Assembly: GCF_041662865.1 (NCBI RefSeq)
Contig: NZ_JBAZRL010000005.1
Coordinates: 61,351-125,350 of the forward strand
From: Pedobacter sp.
Lineage (GTDB): Bacteria; Bacteroidota; Bacteroidia; Sphingobacteriales; Sphingobacteriaceae
DNA: 64,000 bases
Direction: 5' to 3'
Under the pieces are notes generated by a model. That model saw only the letters and a list, made by a program, of their open reading frames with translations, was not told the origin of the DNA and searched no databases. Of the stretch, positions 56,736-64,000 are shown in pieces. Position 1 is the stretch's first letter, and every line of letters starts with the position of its first letter. The position numbers were made by a program, and so were the translations under genes.

Positions 56736-59108
56736 ATGAGTATAAAATTTACTTTAGCGCTTCTTTTTTCATTTTTAAGTCTAACAGTTCTTGCACAGAA
56801 TGCCATTATTAAAGGGAAGATTACTAATTCGTTTACTAATCAGCCAATTGCTGGAGCCACTGTTTCTATTCAAGGAAAAACAAATAATGCCATTACTGAT
56901 AGCTTAGGGGATTATAGTTTATCAAATTTAGCTCCAGGAGTTTATAATCTAAAGATCAATTTTATAGGTTATAAGCCTAAATCTGTTTTTGATATTGCAG
57001 TGAGTAATGCAAAAGCTACAGTTCTTGATATAACATTAGAAACTGAAGTGAGTAATTTAGACGAGGTTGTAATTCAAAGAGCAAGATTTGTAAAACCAAT
57101 AGAAAGTCCATTATCATTAAGAACTATTGGTGCTACTGAAATTAAAAGGAACCCCGGTGGGAATAGAGATATTTCAAAAGTTATTCAATCTTTACCTGGA
57201 GTTTCTGCTCCAGTAAGTTATCGGAATGACATCATAATTCGTGGTGGTGCACCGAATGAAAATAGATTTTATTTAGATGGAATAGAAATTCCGAATATTA
57301 ATCACTTTACCACACAAGGTTCATCAGGCGGACCAGTGGGTTTAATTAATGTAGATTTTATAAAAGAAGTTGATTTTTATTCTGGAGCTTTTCCGGCAGC
57401 CAGAGGAAATGCTTTAAGTTCGGTTTTTGAATTTAAGCAGAAAGATGGAAATCCTGATAAAATGGGAGCATCATTAACAGTTGGCTCTAGTGATTTTGCA
57501 GTAGTAGCTGATGGACCAATAAGTAAAAAAACAACTTATATGGCATCCTATAGATTGTCTTATTTGCAGGGTTTATTCAAGCTATTAGGGTTGCCTTTTT
57601 TACCTTCTTATCAAGATTTTCAGTTTAAGCTTAAAACCAAATTTAATACTAAAAATGAGTTGACAATAGTGGGTTTGGGTGCTATTGATAAAGCGGTGCT
57701 GAATTTTAACACAGAAAAAACCGAAAGTAATTTATACACAATAGCTAATTTCCCAGAGAATAAACAAGATAATTATACCATTGGAGCGGTATATAAAATC
57801 TATCGTGAAAAAGGCTTTTCTACACTTGTTTTAAGCAGAAATTATTTAAATAATAAAGCTTATAAATTTCAAGATAACGACCAAAGTAAAATTCAAACAT
57901 TAGATTATCATTCTACTGAAACTGAAAACAAACTGAGGTTAGAAAATTCCTCTCTTGAAGGTAAATATAAGATAAGCTTTGGTGCTGGAGTTGAAACAGC
58001 AGATTATACCACCAATAGTTTGCAAGTTTTACCAGGCGGAACAGAAGGTTATATTTCTGCCATTAACTTTATTAAGTATGGAGCATTTGCCCAAGTTAGT
58101 GCACCGTATTTAGCTGATAAACTAAATCTTTCTTTTGGTTTAAGATTAGATGGAAATAGTTTTAGCTCTAAAGGCGAAAATCCTTTTAAAACCTTGTCAC
58201 CCAGATTTTCAGCTTCCTATAATTTTAATGAAAAAATTAGCTTCAATTTCAACACAGGTATTTATTATCAGTTACCTGCTTACACGGTTTTAGGTTTTAG
58301 AAATAATACTGGCGGACCATTGCTAAATCAAAATGTAAATTATATCCGCTCTGCGCAAGTTGTTGCTGGCTTAGAGTACAATACATTAAAGAGCACTAAG
58401 TTTACAGTAGAAGGTTTCTTTAAAAATTATAGCCGTTATCCTATGGTTAAAGTTTTTGGAGACGTAATTCCATTGGCAAATTTAGGCGCCGATTTCGGCG
58501 TTGTAGGCAATAAACCCGTAATTGGTGAAACAGAGGGAAGAAGTTATGGGTTAGAGTTTTTTGCTCAGCAGCGTTTAAATAAGGGTTTTTATGGTATTTT
58601 CGCTTTAACCTTATTCCGTAGCGAGTTTAAAGATAAGCTCGGTGAATATGTGCAGTCAAGCTGGAACAATCGTTATATTCTAAGTATGACTGCAGGTAAA
58701 ATCTTACCAAAAAACTGGGAAATAGGAGCTAAGGTTCGCTTAGGCGGAGGGAGCCCATACACGCCGTATGATATCGCCTTTTCTTCATTAAAAAGTAATT
58801 ATTCTATTTATCCGCAAGGAGTACAAGATTATGATAGGCTGAATGAGAGTAGGTTAAAAGGTTTTTACCAATTAGATGCGAGGGTTGATAAAAAGTATCC
58901 TTTCAAGAAGTTTAACCTTAACGTATATTTGGACATTCAGAATTTAACTTACAATAAATACGAAACACAATCGCAATTGGTATTAGATAGAGATGCAAGT
59001 GGTAATGCACAAGATGCACCCGGAGACGCTACTCGTTTTAAAACTAAACTGCTTACAAATACTAGTGGTAATATTTTACCAACTATTGGCGTAATATTCG
59101 AATTATAA
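56736..59108 (+). CDS. TonB-dependent receptor with N-terminal carboxypeptidase-like domain
   Basis: Signal peptide, LPGV...RNDIIIRGG plug, FYSGAFPA, C-terminal IFEL. Confidence 0.9.
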   Translation: MSIKFTLALLFSFLSLTVLAQNAIIKGKITNSFTNQPIAGATVSIQGKTNNAITDSLGDYSLSNLAPGVYNLKINFIGYKPKSVFDIAVSNAKATVLDITLETEVSNLDEVVIQRARFVKPIESPLSLRTIGATEIKRNPGGNRDISKVIQSLPGVSAPVSYRNDIIIRGGAPNENRFYLDGIEIPNINHFTTQGSSGGPVGLINVDFIKEVDFYSGAFPAARGNALSSVFEFKQKDGNPDKMGASLTVGSSDFAVVADGPISKKTTYMASYRLSYLQGLFKLLGLPFLPSYQDFQFKLKTKFNTKNELTIVGLGAIDKAVLNFNTEKTESNLYTIANFPENKQDNYTIGAVYKIYREKGFSTLVLSRNYLNNKAYKFQDNDQSKIQTLDYHSTETENKLRLENSSLEGKYKISFGAGVETADYTTNSLQVLPGGTEGYISAINFIKYGAFAQVSAPYLADKLNLSFGLRLDGNSFSSKGENPFKTLSPRFSASYNFNEKISFNFNTGIYYQLPAYTVLGFRNNTGGPLLNQNVNYIRSAQVVAGLEYNTLKSTKFTVEGFFKNYSRYPMVKVFGDVIPLANLGADFGVVGNKPVIGETEGRSYGLEFFAQQRLNKGFYGIFALTLFRSEFKDKLGEYVQSSWNNRYILSMTAGKILPKNWEIGAKVRLGGGSPYTPYDIAFSSLKSNYSIYPQGVQDYDRLNESRLKGFYQLDARVDKKYPFKKFNLNVYLDIQNLTYNKYETQSQLVLDRDASGNAQDAPGDATRFKTKLLTNTSGNILPTIGVIFEL

Positions 59109-59110
59109 TT

Positions 59111-60124
59111 ATGGGAAAGAAGGGAGTTTTATTAGTTAATTTAGGTACACCAGATAATCCAGATGTTCCTGCAGTACGCAGATATCTTGATCAGTTTTTG
59201 ATGGATGAAAGGGTAATAGATATCCCTAAATTTAATAGAACGCTATTGGTAAAAGGAATAATTGTTCCTTTTAGAAGTCCTAAAACTTCTAAATTATATA
59301 AAGAAATTTGGGGCGAAAAAGGCTCTCCATTATTATATTACAGTGAAATTCAGGCAAAATTACTGCAAGAAAAATTGGGTGATGATTATCAGGTAGAATT
59401 GGCAATGCGATATCAAAATCCTTCTATTGAAAGTGCTTTAGAAAGATTAAAAGCTGGGTTAGTAGAAAGCATTAAGGTAATTCCAATGTTTCCTCAATAT
59501 GCATCTGCAAGTACAGGTTCAGTGATGCAATTGGTAATGGAATTGGTAAGTAAATGGCAAACTATTCCACCAATTTCATTTGTAAACTCTTTTCATGATA
59601 ATAACTTAATGCTTGAAGTGTTTGCAGAAAATGCAACTAAGCATCAGCCCGAAATGTATGATCATGTGCTTTTTAGTTTTCATGGTTTGCCAGAAAGACA
59701 ATTATTAAAATGTGATCACACTGGAAGTTATTGTTTAAAACATACAGATTGCTGCCAAACGTATAATGACACCAATAAATTCTGTTATTCTGCTCAAGGT
59801 CATCATACAGCAAGTCTAATTGCTGCAAAACTAGGTTTATCTAAAGAGAAATACACCGTTTGTTTTCAATCTCGATTGGGTAAAGAACCTTGGGTACAGC
59901 CTTATACAACAGATGTTTTAAAGAAATTAGCTGCGGAAGGCAAAAAGAGATTATTAGTTTTTAGTCCTGCATTTGTAGCCGATTGTTTGGAAACGCTATA
60001 TGAAATCACAGTAGAATATCACGAAGAATTTAAAGCACTTGGTGGCGAACATGTACAATTGGTAGAAAGCCTGAACGATCATCCAAAATTTATTGAGGCA
60101 TTAGTAGAATTAGCGAAAAACTAA
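59111..60124 (+). CDS. hemH: Ferrochelatase
   Basis: LLVNLGTP, MRYQNPSI, PQYA.ASTGS, FSFHGLP, FQSR.G..PW..P, ADCLETL.E. Confidence 0.97.
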   Translation: MGKKGVLLVNLGTPDNPDVPAVRRYLDQFLMDERVIDIPKFNRTLLVKGIIVPFRSPKTSKLYKEIWGEKGSPLLYYSEIQAKLLQEKLGDDYQVELAMRYQNPSIESALERLKAGLVESIKVIPMFPQYASASTGSVMQLVMELVSKWQTIPPISFVNSFHDNNLMLEVFAENATKHQPEMYDHVLFSFHGLPERQLLKCDHTGSYCLKHTDCCQTYNDTNKFCYSAQGHHTASLIAAKLGLSKEKYTVCFQSRLGKEPWVQPYTTDVLKKLAAEGKKRLLVFSPAFVADCLETLYEITVEYHEEFKALGGEHVQLVESLNDHPKFIEALVELAKN

Positions 60125-60126
60125 AA

Positions 60127-61374
60127 TTAAGCGATTGCTTTTACAATCATTTCTGTAGCTCCTTTTTTCTGCTCCACATATTTTTTCGCATCTGCGGATG
60201 CCATTTCATTTGATTTAAAAAACTCAAAAGCTCTAATTAATTCATTGGATGTAGTTACACTTTTGGCTGCGCCGATGGTAATTAAATCTTTGGCTTCTTG
60301 AAATTTATCATATTTAGGACCAAAAATTACAGGCAGTCCAAATGCTGCGGCTTCTAATGTATTATGGATTCCTGCTCCAAAACCGCCACCAATATAAGCT
60401 ACTTTAGCATATTGATATAAAGAGGAAAGTAATCCAATATTATCGATAATCAGAATTTTATGAGAAGAATCTAAGGTATAAGCTGCTTCAGGTGAAATAT
60501 CATGAATTTCTGATATCATTATATTTAAATTAGAAAACTTGATAGCTTTCGGGAAAAGACTTTCTATCTCTTCAATGTGAGATTGCCCAATCTCATGTGG
60601 AGCGATTATAAATTTCCAATCAGGATATTTTTCAATTAAGCTAACTAACAATTTCTCATCTTCTGGCCAGGTACTTCCAGCTATAAAAGTTGGAGAATTA
60701 CCTAAAAAATTCTCAATTTCTGATAGCTTTTTAGGTTGCAGGGCATTTTCATAAACGCGATCAAAACGAGTATCTCCACTTAAACTAACATGATTAATTC
60801 CAATACTTTTTAAAAGAGAAACACTTTCTTCATTTTGTACAAAAAAGTGTGTTACTAATTTTAAAATCCCCCTATAAAAACTGCCGTACCATTTAAAAAA
60901 CACTTGATTTGGTCTGAAAATACCAGAAATTAAATAAAGAGGAATTTGCTTTTCGTGTAATTCGTTAAAATAATGATACCAAAATTCATACTTGGTAAAT
61001 ACAGCAAACTTTGGATTTATGCTATTTATAAACTTTTTTGCATTGCTCGAAGTGTCTAAAGGCAAATAAAAAACATCGGCCAATGCATAATTTTTTCTAA
61101 TCTCATATCCTGAAGGAGAAAAAAAAGTAACCACAATTTTCTGCGAAGGATCATTAGCTTTGAGCTTTTCTAGTACTGGTCTGCCTTGTTCAAACTCTCC
61201 TAAAGAAGCAAAGTGAAACCATATCGGGTTATCATTACTATTGATTTTTTGTTGAATTTTTTGAAAGATATTTTTCCTTCCAGCCACAAATAATTTGGCT
61301 TTAGCATTAAAAAGCGATGCCAACCTCAATACTAAGCCATATATTACAATCCCAATAGTATAAATCCAAAGCAT
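60127..61374 (-). CDS. waaA: 3-deoxy-D-manno-octulosonate (Kdo) transferase
   Basis: WFHFASLGEFEQ, TFFSPSG, YLPLD, AGSTW.EDE, IAPH, GGF..GIHN.LEAA. Confidence 0.93.
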   Translation of the reverse strand: MLWIYTIGIVIYGLVLRLASLFNAKAKLFVAGRKNIFQKIQQKINSNDNPIWFHFASLGEFEQGRPVLEKLKANDPSQKIVVTFFSPSGYEIRKNYALADVFYLPLDTSSNAKKFINSINPKFAVFTKYEFWYHYFNELHEKQIPLYLISGIFRPNQVFFKWYGSFYRGILKLVTHFFVQNEESVSLLKSIGINHVSLSGDTRFDRVYENALQPKKLSEIENFLGNSPTFIAGSTWPEDEKLLVSLIEKYPDWKFIIAPHEIGQSHIEEIESLFPKAIKFSNLNIMISEIHDISPEAAYTLDSSHKILIIDNIGLLSSLYQYAKVAYIGGGFGAGIHNTLEAAAFGLPVIFGPKYDKFQEAKDLITIGAAKSVTTSNELIRAFEFFKSNEMASADAKKYVEQKKGATEMIVKAIA

Positions 61375-61390
61375 TTTGTGTCTTAATTTC

Positions 61391-61410
61391 TTATCTTCGT
61401 CCGAAGATAA
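61391..61410. promoter_or_regulatory. Palindrome made of two opposed -7-like elements (waaA/ugd divergent promoters)
   Basis: TTATCTTCG-TC-CGAAGATAA; TATCTTCG on both strands. Confidence 0.55.
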
Positions 61411-61440
61411 ATGAATAAATTTAAAACCTTCAATTAATAT

Positions 61441-62751
61441 ATGAAGATAGCAGTAATTGGAACAGGATATGTGGGCCTTGTTACCGGAACGTGTTTGGCA
61501 GAAACAGGTAATAACGTAATTTGCGTAGATATTGATAAAGCAAAAGTTGAAAAAATGATTGCTGGCGAAGTTCCGATTTACGAACCAGGATTAGATGTGC
61601 TATTTCATCGTAATATTGCTCAAGGTCGTTTATCGTTTACAACAGATTTAGCGCTTGCTGTTAAAGAAGCACAAATTATTTTCATGGCTTTGCCAACTCC
61701 TCCAGGTGGAGATGGCGCTGCAGACCTTTCTTATATTTTAGGAGCTGCAAAAGATATTTCAAAACTAGTTACGGAATACAAGGTAATTGTAAATAAATCT
61801 ACAGTCCCAGTTGGTACAGCAGATAAAGTTCAAGCAGTTTTTAAGGAAAGTACTTCAGTAGAAATTGATGTAGTTTCTAATCCGGAATTTTTACGTGAAG
61901 GAGTAGCGGTTGATGATTTTATGAAACCTGATCGTGTTGTAATTGGCACACGGAGTGAAAAAGCACAAAAATTAATGGCAGAATTGTATGCACCTTATGT
62001 TCGTCAAGGGAATCCTATTTTCTTTATGGATGAGCGTTCTTCTGAATTAACTAAATATGCAGCAAATTCATTTTTAGCAACAAAAATTACGTTTATGAAC
62101 GAAATCGCAAATCTTTGTGAAATTGTAGGTGCTGATGTAGATGCGATACGTAAAGGAATTGGTTCTGATGATCGTATTGGTAAGCGTTTTCTTTTTCCTG
62201 GAATTGGATATGGGGGAAGTTGTTTTCCAAAAGATGTACAAGCATTAGCTATTGCTGCAGATAATCATAATTACGATTTTCAAATTTTGAAGGCCGTAAT
62301 GAATGTAAATGAAAAACAAAAAACAGTTTTAGTAGATAAATTATTAAAATATTATAAAGGCGATATTAAAGGTAAACATTTTGCGCTTTGGGGCTTGGCA
62401 TTTAAGCCAGAAACTGATGATATTAGAGAAGCACCAGCATTATATATTATTGATGAATTGATTAAACTAGGGGCAACAGTTACAGCCTTTGATCCGGAAG
62501 GAATGAATAATGTAAAATCAATATTAGGTGACAAAATCAGATTTGCTGAGAATCAATACGATGCTTTACAAAATGCGGATGCATTATTAATTGCAACAGA
62601 ATGGTCAGTGTTCCGTAATCCAGATTTTGAGAAAATGGACGAACTATTGACTACTAAAGTGATTTTTGATGGAAGAAACTTATTCGACCTACAGAAAATG
62701 ATCGATTTAGGTTATTATTACAATAGTGTTGGCAGAAAACTAATAAACTAA
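61441..62751 (+). CDS. ugd: UDP-glucose 6-dehydrogenase
   Basis: [43 protein letters not shown]. Confidence 0.96.
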   Translation: MKIAVIGTGYVGLVTGTCLAETGNNVICVDIDKAKVEKMIAGEVPIYEPGLDVLFHRNIAQGRLSFTTDLALAVKEAQIIFMALPTPPGGDGAADLSYILGAAKDISKLVTEYKVIVNKSTVPVGTADKVQAVFKESTSVEIDVVSNPEFLREGVAVDDFMKPDRVVIGTRSEKAQKLMAELYAPYVRQGNPIFFMDERSSELTKYAANSFLATKITFMNEIANLCEIVGADVDAIRKGIGSDDRIGKRFLFPGIGYGGSCFPKDVQALAIAADNHNYDFQILKAVMNVNEKQKTVLVDKLLKYYKGDIKGKHFALWGLAFKPETDDIREAPALYIIDELIKLGATVTAFDPEGMNNVKSILGDKIRFAENQYDALQNADALLIATEWSVFRNPDFEKMDELLTTKVIFDGRNLFDLQKMIDLGYYYNSVGRKLIN

Positions 62752-62761
62752 TAAACTAATA

Positions 62762-63751
62762 ATGGGACGAAAAAGGGTTTTAATAACAGGAGCAGCGGGA
62801 TTTTTAGGTTCGCATCTTTGCGATCGCTTTATTAAAGAAGACTTATATGTAATTGGAATGGATAACCTAATTACTGGCGATTTGAAAAATATCGAGCACT
62901 TGTTTAAACTAGAAAACTTTGAGTTCTATCATCATGATGTTTCTAAATTTGTTTATGTTCCAGGTAGTTTAGATTATATCTTACATTTTGCCTCTCCGGC
63001 AAGTCCAATTGATTATTTAAAAATTCCTATTCAAACATTGAAGGTTGGCTCCTTAGGTATCCATAATTTATTAGGTTTGGCAAGATCAAAAAATGCCCGC
63101 TTATTAATTGCTTCAACTTCTGAAGTGTATGGCGACCCAACTGTAAATCCGCAACCAGAAGAATATTGGGGAAATGTAAACCCAGTTGGACCTCGTGGTG
63201 TATATGATGAAGCGAAACGTTTTCAAGAAGCGATGACGATGGCATACCATACTTTTCACGGTTTAGAAACTAGAATTGTACGTATATTTAATACCTATGG
63301 TCCAAGAATGCGACTAAATGATGGGCGAGTTTTGCCAGCATTTATTGGACAAGCATTAAGAGGAGAAGACCTTACCGTTTTTGGAGATGGAAGTCAAACC
63401 CGTTCTTTCTGTTATGTAGATGATTTGATCGAAGGAATTTATCGTTTATTGTTTAGCGATTACGCTCAACCCGTAAATATTGGTAATCCTGATGAGATTA
63501 CAATGCTAGATTTTGCAGAAGAGATTATCAAATTAACTGGGACTACACAGAAAATTATTTGCAAAGAGCTACCAACTGATGATCCTAAGCAGCGCCGACC
63601 AGATATTACCAAGGCTAGAGAACTATTAAATTGGGAACCAAAAGTGAATAGGGCTGAAGGCTTGAAAATTACGTATGATTATTTTAAATCTTTACCGAAA
63701 GAAGCGCTTGTAAATAAAGAGCACAAAAATTTTAAAACATATAATAAATAA
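62762..63751 (+). CDS. UDP-glucuronate decarboxylase (UDP-xylose synthase)
   Basis: [38 protein letters not shown]...[14 protein letters not shown]. Confidence 0.93.
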   Translation: MGRKRVLITGAAGFLGSHLCDRFIKEDLYVIGMDNLITGDLKNIEHLFKLENFEFYHHDVSKFVYVPGSLDYILHFASPASPIDYLKIPIQTLKVGSLGIHNLLGLARSKNARLLIASTSEVYGDPTVNPQPEEYWGNVNPVGPRGVYDEAKRFQEAMTMAYHTFHGLETRIVRIFNTYGPRMRLNDGRVLPAFIGQALRGEDLTVFGDGSQTRSFCYVDDLIEGIYRLLFSDYAQPVNIGNPDEITMLDFAEEIIKLTGTTQKIICKELPTDDPKQRRPDITKARELLNWEPKVNRAEGLKITYDYFKSLPKEALVNKEHKNFKTYNK

Positions 63752-64000
63752 TGAAGAAAATATTAGTTACGGGAGGTGCGGGTTATATAGGTTCACATAC
63801 TGTGGTGGAACTTTTTAATGCTGGATACGAAGTTGTTATTGTTGATGATTTTTCGAATTCGGATCCTAAAATGTTAGATCAAATTGAGAAAATAAGCGGA
63901 AAGAAACCAGAATTTGTAAAACTAGATCTTTGCGATGAACAAGCCGTTCATGCATTTGCTAATCAACATAAAAACATTAGTGGCATTATTCATTTTGCAG
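63751..64000 (+). CDS. galE: UDP-glucose 4-epimerase (5' part; runs off the window end; absent from the ORF track)
   Basis: Manual translation [35 protein letters not shown] ... GIIHFA; ATG overlaps the upstream TAA. Confidence 0.9.
   Translation, partial: MKKILVTGGAGYIGSHTVVELFNAGYEVVIVDDFSNSDPKMLDQIEKISGKKPEFVKLDLCDEQAVHAFANQHKNISGIIHFA

Noticed and set aside
2955-63245. Short antisense or out-of-frame ORFs inside long genes (e.g. 2955-3137, 4590-5012, 14559-14891, 35674-36006, 39757-40065, 43710-44093, 48849-49166, 54128-54424)
   Set aside because: Fully nested in well-supported CDSs, no recognisable motifs; typical shadow ORFs
1-64000. rRNA, tRNA, prophage, IS, integrase, defence or secondary-metabolite clusters
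   Set aside because: No such motifs recognised; intergenic gaps are short and I saw no tRNA cloverleaf in them

Overview
AT-rich Bacteroidota chromosomal window. Gene content and TAnnTTTG -7 promoter elements suggest Sphingobacteriaceae, probably Pedobacter-like (inference). Left to right it holds: a partial GH20 hexosaminidase, GNAT, prolyl aminopeptidase, dacB and asd; a T9SS-CTD lamin-tail protein; a nine-gene 3-keto-glycoside oxidation/elimination locus (7328-16736); tdh and yebC; a complete beta-1,2-glucan-type PUL (18743-35243: esterase, GH3, GH43-CBM32, two GH144, LamG lipoprotein, SusD, SusC, Y_Y_Y/LuxR regulator); trhO, kbl and a pheS operon; an accessory LysR/Crp-regulated redox block (43577-49557); a repeat-rich 1.6 kb interval with an orphan ORF and an unannotated 36-aa ORF; rlmD, ispH-TBDR-hemH, waaA and ugd-uxs-galE. 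I saw no rRNA, tRNA, CRISPR array, integrase or transposase. No unambiguously new multi-gene system is evident, since both large loci belong to known families. The best leads are the 36-aa amphipathic small protein behind a canonical promoter, the compartment-duplicated 3-keto-glycoside locus, candidate de-decorating enzymes in the PUL, a GTCAT...ATGAC REP-like element family, phased 7-bp and 11-bp repeat ladders, and several degenerate catalytic motifs. All family assignments come from motif recognition, not database searches.
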